Source: a virus. From it: a DNA stretch of 64,000 nt. Of this stretch, positions 30,658 through 39,684 are shown piece after piece (position 1 is the stretch's first letter; every line of letters begins with the position of its first letter). A program made the translations under genes and the position numbers. The stretch lies in IMG/VR virus record IMGVR_UViG_3300024348_000007. One strand, written 5' to 3'. A model generated the notes under the pieces. That model saw only the letters and a list, made by a program, of their open reading frames with translations, had not been told where the DNA came from and did no database searches.

Positions 30658-33600
30658 TGGCATTTAATTCAATAAGCGGAAGTAGAATAATTGGTAAGGG
30701 TACGCCACAAGCTGTACCCATCCAATTAGATCCTGCCCCGTATACTGGAGCCATTGCTTATGGTTCAGACGGTTTAATATATGTTTCTAACGGTACAGCT
30801 TGGAACGCAGTTGGTGCAGGAATTCAGGGTACAACTGGTCTTCAAGGTGATGATGGATTACAAGGTACACAGGGTACGTATGGTCCAGGATTTGATGTTA
30901 TTGGTTCTGTTACAGATGTTGATACTGGCGGAGACCAACAGGCAACTCTTAATACTGCATTCCCATCGGCTACAACTGGTCAAGGTGTTATCGATAATGC
31001 AGATGATGAACTTTGGGTTTATGACGGAGCAGTCTGGGTAAATGTTGGATCGTTTAGGGGTGTTCAAGGTTTTCAGGGTACGTTAGGTAACCAAGGTACA
31101 CAGGGTACAATTGGTGAAGAAGGTATTCAAGGTTCTCGCGGTTATAGAGGATTTCAAGGAACGCAAGGTATACAAGGCGATACCGGTATTCAGGGTATGC
31201 AAGGTATTCAAGGAGACCAAGGGGTTCAAGGAATTCAAGGTGTCCAAGGAGATCAGGGTACGCAAGGTATTCAGGGCTTACTCGGTTTTCAGGGTATACA
31301 AGGACCGCAATCTATTCAGGGTACAACTGGTATACAGGGTGACCTAGGTTTCCAAGGTTTCTCAGGTGACGACTCAGGAATGGTTGTTCAATATAACGTA
31401 GGACACCAATTTGCAGAGCCAGGTCCAGCTACTTCTGGATTTATGATATTCAATTCGCCAGCAGCTGATACAGGTGCATTAACTGGCGCAACTAAACTTT
31501 GGATTGCTGATAGTGATACATTTAACATTGATTTAACAGCTTACTTCAATGCGTTAGGTACATCTAGCTCTACCAATAAAGGTTATATAAAAATCACATT
31601 GCGTGATAATCCTAGTACGTATGCCATATTCTCAATCCAAGGATTGGTTGATGATGGTAGTTACTTTGATTTAGATGTTACTTATCTAAGTGGTAATGGT
31701 AATAAAGAAGATTTTGTTGCTGAGGATTTACCTTCTAATCCAGGAACATATATTTCATTACCATGTATTGTTGCTTTAGATATATCAGGTGATAGAGGTT
31801 TTCAGGGAGTTCAAGGTTTTCAAGGAACGCAGGGACATCAAGGCGTACAAGGTTTACTCGGTAATCAAGGTACTCAAGGTCCACAATCTATTCAGGGTAT
31901 CCAAGGCCATCAAGGCATACAGGGTATTAAAGGTATTCAGGGAAATCAAGGAACGCAAGGAATTCAAGGAATTCAAGGTGTTCAATCTGTTCAAGGTGTG
32001 CAGGGCATACAAGGTGGAACAGGTACACAAGGAATACAGGGTTTACAAGGAGACCAAGGGGTTCAAGGAATTCAAGGTTTTCAAGGCTATCAGGGAACAA
32101 CGGGTATCCAAGGTGATACCGGATTTCAGGGTACACTAGGTAATCAGGGTATTCAAGGAATTGGCGGTAATCACGGCGGATTAACATTCGAATGGAATTT
32201 TAACTCTAACGTTACTCCAACAACAGATCCTGGTACAAGCAATTGGAAAATTAATAACGCTGACATTACTTTAGCTACAAAATTAACTATTGACGATTTG
32301 CCGCTAGATAATTATTCTGCTGCAATAGATGATATTTTTGATTATTTAGACTCAAATCAATCAGCGGTTAAAGGTCAAATCTTTATCGAAAGTGAACACG
32401 ACGATAATGGACCTCCAGGACATCACTTCGTTGTTTACGAATTTACTAATTGGACTTGGGATTCTTCAGGCTCAAAACTATGGGGTGAATTTGACGTTAC
32501 CCACGTAGAGTCTTCTTCTGTTGCAAGCAATGATTGGAATAACGTAGTAAATGATCACGGTTCTAAAGCTATTATCAACTTTATTCCAGCAGGTATACGA
32601 GGAACGCAGGGTGTTCAAGGACATCAAGGCGTTCAAGGAGTTCAGGGCGTTCAAGGAACACAAGGACCACAATCTATTCAAGGTACTACCGGTATTCAGG
32701 GCATGCAAGGTATGCAAGGTATCGAAGGTGCAAGAACATTTACCGTAACTAGCTCTGGAAGTACAGACTATATAGTAGATACTGTTGCAGATCCAGTCTT
32801 ACATTTAATTAGAGGATTTACCTACTTATTTGATGTAGATGCGCCTGGTCACCCATTTGATATTAGAGTTTCAAACGGTGGAGCTCAGTATAATGACGGC
32901 GTTACAAATAACGGGGCAGCATCTGGAATTATTACATTCAGAGTTCCTTTTGACGCGCCAGCATCTTTATATTATCAATGCCAATTACATGCTGGTATGG
33001 GTAATACTATTGTTACTTCAGATCTTGGTCCTCAGGGTACTCAGGGTGTTCAAGCTCTACAAGGTATTCAAGGATTTATAGGTTTACAAGGCGATACAGG
33101 TGCAGGTAATCAGGGTATTCAAGGCACAATTGGTATTCAAGGCGATACAGGCTTTCAAGGAGTTCAAGGTTTCCCTGGTCCGATCGGTCCACAAGGTACA
33201 CAAGGAACATTTGGTTTACAAGGTGGACCGGGTCAGCAAGGTACAACTGGTTCGTTTGGTGGTGTTACTTTTGATTACACATTCAGCACAGATACTACTA
33301 CATCAGACCCAGGTGTTGGTACACTTAAGTTTAGCAATACGAGCATTAACTCTGCAGGTAATCTGTATATGGACGATAGAGATGATAACTTTACGGACAT
33401 TCAACCGTTCCTTAGAACTATTGATGACTCAACAAGCCCTATCAAAGGTCACTTTAAAGTATCTGAAAATGGTTCACCTGAGAATTTTGCAGTATTCACT
33501 ATAACTAGTGTCCAAGAACTTTCAGGTTATTTTAACATAATCTCTTCATATGTAAACGGTTCAGTCACTAGTTTCACAGATGGTGAAGATGTTGTTATCA

Positions 33601-35351
33601 CGTTTGCAAGAACCGGTGATATCGGTGCAACTGGTTCTCAAGGTACGACCGGTATTCAGGGTGATGTCGGTTCACAAGGTACAGCAGGATTTATCGGTGG
33701 CGTAGGCTCGCAAGGTGTGCAAGGTTTTCAGGGTACACAAGGTTTTCAGGGTTTTCAGGGAAATGAAGGAATTGGTACGCAAGGTGCTACCGGTATTCAA
33801 GGTCCTGAAGGACAACAAGGTGACGAAGGTGAAGTCGGTGGAGACGGGCCACAGGGTGTACAAGGCTCGTTGGGTTTCCAAGGTGCAGATGGTTTCCAAG
33901 GCATGCAAGGTATGCAAGGTACGCAAGGCGTAGGAGCGCCTGGTGCTTCTGGTATTCAGGGTAATGATGGTTTCCAAGGTATACAAGGTATGCAAGCTGC
34001 CCAAGGTATTCAGGGTAATGTTGGACCAATTGGATTTGGTACGCAAGGTGTACAAGGCTTACAAGGTTTCCAAGGAGAAAGCGGTTTCCAGGGTGCTGGA
34101 GGTTTCCAAGGTATATCTGGTTCGGGTAACCAAGGTGTTCAAGGTTTTAACGGCTTCCAAGGTTTCCAAGGTGATAACGGTTTCCAGGGACCATCTGGTG
34201 CTGGTAACCAAGGTGTTCAAGGTTTCCAGGGTGCAATTGGTATCGGTGATGTAGGTTTCCAAGGTACTCAGGGATTATTAGGCCCGCAAGGTATTAGTGG
34301 TGAAGAGGGAACTGGCGGTGTACAAGGTTTACAAGGTTACTTCGGTTTCCAGGGTATGCAAGGTATTAGTGGTGCTTTAGGTAATACTGGTTTACAAGGC
34401 TTCCAGGGTATATCCGGTACGGGAATTCAAGGTGTACAGGGTAGAACTGGACAAGGCGTACAAGGTATGCAAGGCTTCCAGGGTTTACAAGGTTTCCTCG
34501 GGTTTCAAGGTGCTATCGGTGGCGGTGTACAAGGTTTCCAAGGTACAGCAGGTTTCCAAGGGGATTACGGTTTCCAAGGTACTCAGGGTGTTCAGGGTCC
34601 AGGTAATGAAGGTGGTGTTGGTAACTTACAAAACGTTCACACATCTGGATTGCAAGAAACTCCACTCTTTATTCCAATGTTTGAAGCTGGTGCAGATCAA
34701 AGACAGTTACTTGCTACGACTGGTCCAAATCCAAACGGAGAAAGTAACTTCTTCTATACTTCTAATATTGACGAACTTAGTGTTGAAAACATCAACCTTG
34801 GCGGTAATATTGATATAGGCGGTTCATTAACAGCAGGAGCTTTAACTGGTCTTACTTCAGATCTTAACTTACCAAATAACGTTTATATGGGCTTTGGTAC
34901 TAACCAAGCTGCTAAACTAGGATTTGATAGTACTGGTTCTGGAACATTGAACATTGATGTCGACACAACTAATGTAAATGCGGTATTAATTGAAAAAAGA
35001 TCAGATGGATCTGCGTTGTTTACATTCGATACGGCAACTGGTTCGTTTACAGCATCTGGTGATGTAGTAACAAACTCAGATGAAAGACTTAAAACGAATA
35101 TTAAAACTATTTCTGAAGCATTACCTAAAGTAATGGAATTAAGAGGCGTATCGTTTAATATGAAAGATAATCTTGATTTGAATAAGATCGGACTTATCGC
35201 TCAAGAAGTTGAAAAGGTAATACCTGAAGTAGTTCTTACTGATAAATCATCACAACAAATTAAGTCAGTAGCTTACAGTTCGCTAGTTGGTCTCTTGGTT
35301 GAAGCCATTAAAGATTTAAAAACTGAGGTCGACGAAATAAAAGTGCAATAA
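30657..35351 (+). CDS. Collagen-like (Gly-X-Gln) tail fibre with globular inserts and C-terminal S74-like chaperone
   Basis: Long runs of G-x-Q triplets. C-terminal SDERLKTNIKTI..AL.KV..LRGVSF....IGLIAQEVEKV.PEVV..VAYS.LVGLLVEAIKDLK. Confidence 0.85.
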   Translation: MAFNSISGSRIIGKGTPQAVPIQLDPAPYTGAIAYGSDGLIYVSNGTAWNAVGAGIQGTTGLQGDDGLQGTQGTYGPGFDVIGSVTDVDTGGDQQATLNTAFPSATTGQGVIDNADDELWVYDGAVWVNVGSFRGVQGFQGTLGNQGTQGTIGEEGIQGSRGYRGFQGTQGIQGDTGIQGMQGIQGDQGVQGIQGVQGDQGTQGIQGLLGFQGIQGPQSIQGTTGIQGDLGFQGFSGDDSGMVVQYNVGHQFAEPGPATSGFMIFNSPAADTGALTGATKLWIADSDTFNIDLTAYFNALGTSSSTNKGYIKITLRDNPSTYAIFSIQGLVDDGSYFDLDVTYLSGNGNKEDFVAEDLPSNPGTYISLPCIVALDISGDRGFQGVQGFQGTQGHQGVQGLLGNQGTQGPQSIQGIQGHQGIQGIKGIQGNQGTQGIQGIQGVQSVQGVQGIQGGTGTQGIQGLQGDQGVQGIQGFQGYQGTTGIQGDTGFQGTLGNQGIQGIGGNHGGLTFEWNFNSNVTPTTDPGTSNWKINNADITLATKLTIDDLPLDNYSAAIDDIFDYLDSNQSAVKGQIFIESEHDDNGPPGHHFVVYEFTNWTWDSSGSKLWGEFDVTHVESSSVASNDWNNVVNDHGSKAIINFIPAGIRGTQGVQGHQGVQGVQGVQGTQGPQSIQGTTGIQGMQGMQGIEGARTFTVTSSGSTDYIVDTVADPVLHLIRGFTYLFDVDAPGHPFDIRVSNGGAQYNDGVTNNGAASGIITFRVPFDAPASLYYQCQLHAGMGNTIVTSDLGPQGTQGVQALQGIQGFIGLQGDTGAGNQGIQGTIGIQGDTGFQGVQGFPGPIGPQGTQGTFGLQGGPGQQGTTGSFGGVTFDYTFSTDTTTSDPGVGTLKFSNTSINSAGNLYMDDRDDNFTDIQPFLRTIDDSTSPIKGHFKVSENGSPENFAVFTITSVQELSGYFNIISSYVNGSVTSFTDGEDVVITFARTGDIGATGSQGTTGIQGDVGSQGTAGFIGGVGSQGVQGFQGTQGFQGFQGNEGIGTQGATGIQGPEGQQGDEGEVGGDGPQGVQGSLGFQGADGFQGMQGMQGTQGVGAPGASGIQGNDGFQGIQGMQAAQGIQGNVGPIGFGTQGVQGLQGFQGESGFQGAGGFQGISGSGNQGVQGFNGFQGFQGDNGFQGPSGAGNQGVQGFQGAIGIGDVGFQGTQGLLGPQGISGEEGTGGVQGLQGYFGFQGMQGISGALGNTGLQGFQGISGTGIQGVQGRTGQGVQGMQGFQGLQGFLGFQGAIGGGVQGFQGTAGFQGDYGFQGTQGVQGPGNEGGVGNLQNVHTSGLQETPLFIPMFEAGADQRQLLATTGPNPNGESNFFYTSNIDELSVENINLGGNIDIGGSLTAGALTGLTSDLNLPNNVYMGFGTNQAAKLGFDSTGSGTLNIDVDTTNVNAVLIEKRSDGSALFTFDTATGSFTASGDVVTNSDERLKTNIKTISEALPKVMELRGVSFNMKDNLDLNKIGLIAQEVEKVIPEVVLTDKSSQQIKSVAYSSLVGLLVEAIKDLKTEVDEIKVQ

Positions 35352-35378
35352 GATTTTGTAGACACTATGGTTTAAATC

Positions 35379-35412
35379 GAGGGGGTCTATTCGTAGTACC
35401 CCCTTATTTTTT
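35379..35412 (+). terminator. Rho-independent terminator
   Basis: GAGGGGGT-CTA-TTCG-TAG-T-ACCCCCTT hairpin with UUCG loop, followed by ATTTTTT, just after the collagen fibre stop. Confidence 0.8.
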
Positions 35413-35419
35413 ATAAATA
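35412..35419 (+). promoter_or_regulatory. T4-type late promoter TATAAATA
   Basis: Exact motif abutting the terminator T-tract, ~27 nt upstream of the ATG at 35446. Confidence 0.8.
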
Positions 35420-35445
35420 GAATAAACGAATAAAGAGATGAAGAC

Positions 35446-35772
35446 ATGGGATCCAAAGCAAATATCTATATAGATCAAGGTACTGATTTTCGCATCACGT
35501 TGGAAATGTTCGACGGGGATGATGATGATTTGGTGATCGGCACTTTTAGTTTCTTCGCAGATTTAAGAAAAATGTACTCTTCAAAAAGAGCTGCAGAGTT
35601 TGTTGTAGAAAAGAACGAAAACGACATAACACTAGTTTTAGAAGCCGATGTTACGGCCAATCTAAAACCTGGGAAATATGAATATGATGTTTTAATGAGA
35701 AAATCCAGCGGTGAGATGTCCAAGATAGTTGAAGGACTAGCTATTGTTATTCCTACTATCACGGAGGTATAA
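35446..35772 (+). CDS. Small virion/tail-associated protein
   Basis: ANIYIDQGTDF...L...T..LKPGKYEYDV.......KIVEG...V.P.IT pattern, common before fibre genes in T4-like marine phages. Confidence 0.65.
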   Translation: MGSKANIYIDQGTDFRITLEMFDGDDDDLVIGTFSFFADLRKMYSSKRAAEFVVEKNENDITLVLEADVTANLKPGKYEYDVLMRKSSGEMSKIVEGLAIVIPTITEV

Positions 35773-35775
35773 CTG

Positions 35776-38700
35776 GTGAGCATTAAAGTTAAAGTAGGTC
35801 AATCCCAGAAGATAAGGATTGTCGCTTCTGCAGAAAAGAAACCGTTAATTACGCCTGATTCGATAACTTTAGGAATCGATACGGTAGGTCAGTATGTAGC
35901 TAAAATTGACGCAGGTTCTGGTATTATAGTTACACCAGAACTTAACGTTGAAAACGCAAACCTAGTAATATCTCATGCCGCAACTTCTACAGAATTAAGT
36001 TCTAATAATGCTGGTTTAGAATTTGCTGGTAATATTGATATTGATCAATACGGTCACATTACTCAATTTACTAATCGTTCTTTTTCTAATACAAATTTCT
36101 CATACGCAAACACCGTTATTAGTACTAATGATATAACTCTTGGTACTACGGCTTTAACATTAGGCGAAACATCGAATAACATAATCGGTCTTACAACTTT
36201 TGAAGCAGGTGGTGTTGAACTATTCGATAGAACATTTACAGCAAACGGTAATATTAGTTTTGAGCCTGGCAGTAACAATGTTATTGACATGGGTTTCTCA
36301 AGAATTACTGGTCTTGCAACTCCTATTGACGGATTTGATGCCGTTAATAAAACTTGGCTTGAATTTGAATTAGATAGAGTTGAAACTTCTATTAAAGTTT
36401 TTGACGATCCTATTCTTCCTTCAGATGCTACTAATAAAAGATATGTTGATAACTTAGTTACTGGTTTTGTTGTTAGACCGCAAGCTTTAGCCGCAACAAC
36501 AGCAGATCTTGGCGCTACTTTTGAAGAAGGTAATACAAGTGTAAGAGATACGCTTACTATTCCGCCAGTTAACTTTTTATATATCGATGATGTTACTACT
36601 TGGACATTAGGCGCGAACCTTCTTGTTAAAGACCAGACAGATGCTTCTGAAAACGGCTCGTATAATGTTAAGCAAATTGGTAGTGCCAATACAGCTTGGA
36701 TTTTTGAAAGAGCTGATTTCTCTACAAACACTGAACTTCCTGGTTCTTATGAATTTGTTACTGACGGTACAATTAACGGCGGCACAGGTTGGGTTGCAAC
36801 AGTTCTAGACGCTTCTAACTTTAACCTTAATACTGATCCTATTGAATGGGCTCAGTTCCAAGGTGAAGGTACATTTACTGCAGGCTCAGGTTTAAATCTT
36901 AACGGAACTCAATTCAGTGTTTCTCAAACTCTGTCATTGGATCAAATCAATCCAGTTGGTGACGATTTAATTGTTGGCGGAACTTCAGCACTTAGACTTC
37001 CTAAAGGTACAGTCGCTGAAAGGCCAAATGCACAAGCAGGTCAGATACGATTTAATTCGCAAGACAATCAATTCGAAGGTTATGATGGAGTAGCATGGGC
37101 AGGATTAGGTGGTACTGTTGATGTTGACCAAGATACAAAAGTTGTAGCAGAAAATTCACCTGGATCTGACGACGATCAATTACAATTCTTTACTGGCGGC
37201 ACTTTAGCTGCTATGATGAATGCAAATAATGTTGCAACCTTTTATGGTGACGTAAATATTAATGCTCTTGGTTCTACTCTTAGTCCTAAAACTCCAGGTG
37301 CAATAAACTTAGGTGCTTCTAACTTTAACTATGATAAAGTATTTACAAGTAAAATTGGTTCAGACGATCAATTAGTTAGAATTGATACTACTGGCGCATT
37401 GGTTATGCCAAAAGGTACGACTCTTGAAAGACCGGTTGGTATCGTTGGTGGATTACGTTATAATATTGATGACGCAAGATTTGAAGGTTATGACGGTACA
37501 GCTTGGGCAGGTCTTGCTGGATCTGTTATGGATCTCGATAGAAATACGTATATTATTGCAGAAACTTCTGCAGGTGTAGATAACAATGATTTAGATTTCT
37601 ATACTGCGAATACTCATAGAATGCAAATTGATCAAGACGGTAATTTAAACTTTGGTCAAAGTCTTAATAAGATTATACTTAACTATAGCACAGGCAATTT
37701 AATTGTCAATAGTGAAATTGGTTCTGCAAGTGATTTAGTTTTAAATCCTACAGGTAATATCGATGCAGCGAATAATACAATCACTAATGTTGCTGACCCT
37801 GTTAATCTTAGTGATGTAGTTACACTCAACTATCTTGGCGGATCATTTTCATCTAAGCTAGAAATACAAGATAATGCTAATAATTATTTAACAGATATAG
37901 ATTTACTTCAAGATCCTAAACTAAAAATAGGTAGAGGTCTTGAACTTCAAAGTATTGATAGTGCAAACAATGAATTTGAAATAGGTATTGATGTATCTGG
38001 TGTTCAACCTGGGATGTACGGTGTAGATAACTTTACTCCTAGAATTAGAATTAACGAAGAAGGTCGTATTGATTTTGCTACAGACATTCCGTTAGAATTA
38101 CAAGCCAACGCGATTCCAAACTTTACTGAAACATCACGTGATATCATTGGTCTAATGTTTACAGACGGTAATGCAAATAACGAAGGTATTATTGCAGTAA
38201 ACGACGATGCTAACGATGTAATGAATTTAAAAGCTGCTAACTTTAACATATCTTTAGCAGGAGATTTATTTGGTCAAGCTCAAGTAACAAGGCTTTCAAA
38301 TACACAAATTGATGCAACTATTACAGCAGATTACATTAGAGATATTGTTCCTTCTGGTCCAAACTCTGGTATTACGGTTTCTGGAGCAAATGGCGCAAGC
38401 GCTAATGCTTCAATAGAAATTGATTATAATCATCTTGATACAGTATATGCTGAGTTAGATGGAGCTACATTTAGTGGTAACGTATTCGCACCAAGATATT
38501 ACGATAGTGATAATAACAATTACTTCGGTGATTTTGGAGGAGAAACAAGATTAAACCAGTTAAGAGTTGGTTTTGGATTAACTACATCTCAAATTAGTTT
38601 TGCTGACGGTGTAGGAAGTCAATCGACATTATATGCTGGTAATGGTAGAATTGGTTTCTTAAACAATACTTTTAACTTTGCTGCTTATTCTGAAAAAACG

Positions 38701-39627
38701 ACAAGCAACTGGGTTGTAGAAAACGGTGATGTATTAGCTGAAAGATTTGTTGACGCAGACTCTACATCTTTCTTTATCCATCCAGGTGGTACAGATTCAT
38801 ACATTAAAGCTTTAGATGTTCAAGATAACTTTAGAGCAGGTGATGTCTTAGTTAATTCAAGAACTATTTCAACTGCTGTTGGAACTGGCGACTTAATACT
38901 TAATGCAGATTCTAATGAGATTTCAGTAGCTTCAAATAAGATTACTAATCTAGCAGATCCTACAAGTACACAAGATGCAGCTACTAAAGCGTATGTTGAT
39001 AGTGTTGCACAAGGTTTAAGAGTTATTCCAGCAGCGAAAGCCTCGACAACAGCAGATCTTGGAGCTACTTACGCATTTAATGCTGGAGCAAGCACATTAT
39101 CTATTAACGCTGGAGCAATACTAGATATTGACGGAGTATTAACTTGGTCTTTAGGTGATAGAGTTCTTGTAAAAGATCAAACAAATGCTGATGAAAATGG
39201 TTCTTATGAACTTACATCACTTGGCGATATATCTAATCCTTTTGTATTAACAAGAGGAGAATATTTTAATGAAACTTCAGAAATACCTGGCTCATTCCAA
39301 TTTATAACTGATGGTAGTGTAAACGCAAGTTCAGGTTATGTAGCAACTGTATTAGATGCAGAAACATTTGTTCTTGGTACAGACGATATCGTATTTTACC
39401 AATTCTCAGGTGCTGGCACTTATACTGCTGGAAATCAATTAACATTAACTGGTAACGAATTTTCTGTTACTAATCCTCAAATCACTATTATTGGTGAAGT
39501 TGGAGCAAATCAAGATATATTATTAGGTGGAACACTTGAATTTGAAGGTACCGATGGCGTAAATACGACCATCTCTGCTGGAAAAGTTTCCATTGCTGTT
39601 GATGAAATAGATGGCGGAAGTTTTTAA
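35776..39627 (+). CDS. Tail fibre/structural protein with internally duplicated modules
   Basis: GTG start after GGAGG. Repeated DA.NK.YVD, LVKDQT.A.ENGSY and LPKGT..ERP...RFN....FEGYDG.AWAGL motifs; ends in IDGGSF. Confidence 0.75.
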   Translation: MSIKVKVGQSQKIRIVASAEKKPLITPDSITLGIDTVGQYVAKIDAGSGIIVTPELNVENANLVISHAATSTELSSNNAGLEFAGNIDIDQYGHITQFTNRSFSNTNFSYANTVISTNDITLGTTALTLGETSNNIIGLTTFEAGGVELFDRTFTANGNISFEPGSNNVIDMGFSRITGLATPIDGFDAVNKTWLEFELDRVETSIKVFDDPILPSDATNKRYVDNLVTGFVVRPQALAATTADLGATFEEGNTSVRDTLTIPPVNFLYIDDVTTWTLGANLLVKDQTDASENGSYNVKQIGSANTAWIFERADFSTNTELPGSYEFVTDGTINGGTGWVATVLDASNFNLNTDPIEWAQFQGEGTFTAGSGLNLNGTQFSVSQTLSLDQINPVGDDLIVGGTSALRLPKGTVAERPNAQAGQIRFNSQDNQFEGYDGVAWAGLGGTVDVDQDTKVVAENSPGSDDDQLQFFTGGTLAAMMNANNVATFYGDVNINALGSTLSPKTPGAINLGASNFNYDKVFTSKIGSDDQLVRIDTTGALVMPKGTTLERPVGIVGGLRYNIDDARFEGYDGTAWAGLAGSVMDLDRNTYIIAETSAGVDNNDLDFYTANTHRMQIDQDGNLNFGQSLNKIILNYSTGNLIVNSEIGSASDLVLNPTGNIDAANNTITNVADPVNLSDVVTLNYLGGSFSSKLEIQDNANNYLTDIDLLQDPKLKIGRGLELQSIDSANNEFEIGIDVSGVQPGMYGVDNFTPRIRINEEGRIDFATDIPLELQANAIPNFTETSRDIIGLMFTDGNANNEGIIAVNDDANDVMNLKAANFNISLAGDLFGQAQVTRLSNTQIDATITADYIRDIVPSGPNSGITVSGANGASANASIEIDYNHLDTVYAELDGATFSGNVFAPRYYDSDNNNYFGDFGGETRLNQLRVGFGLTTSQISFADGVGSQSTLYAGNGRIGFLNNTFNFAAYSEKTTSNWVVENGDVLAERFVDADSTSFFIHPGGTDSYIKALDVQDNFRAGDVLVNSRTISTAVGTGDLILNADSNEISVASNKITNLADPTSTQDAATKAYVDSVAQGLRVIPAAKASTTADLGATYAFNAGASTLSINAGAILDIDGVLTWSLGDRVLVKDQTNADENGSYELTSLGDISNPFVLTRGEYFNETSEIPGSFQFITDGSVNASSGYVATVLDAETFVLGTDDIVFYQFSGAGTYTAGNQLTLTGNEFSVTNPQITIIGEVGANQDILLGGTLEFEGTDGVNTTISAGKVSIAVDEIDGGSF

Positions 39628-39684
39628 CTAAGCCATATTATTATCTTATAGGCTATATAGCTATTATACAGAAGGGGCATAAAT

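Noticed and set aside
30781-34818. Many alternative-frame and antisense ORFs over the collagen gene
   Set aside because: Artefacts of the 9-nt periodic GGT-NNN-CAA repeat, which lacks stops in other frames; no RBS or motif support.
39628-39684. Short palindromes (GCTATATAGC; AGCC...GGCT) in an intergenic gap
   Set aside because: Weak AT-rich stems without a U-tract; insufficient to call a terminator or operator.
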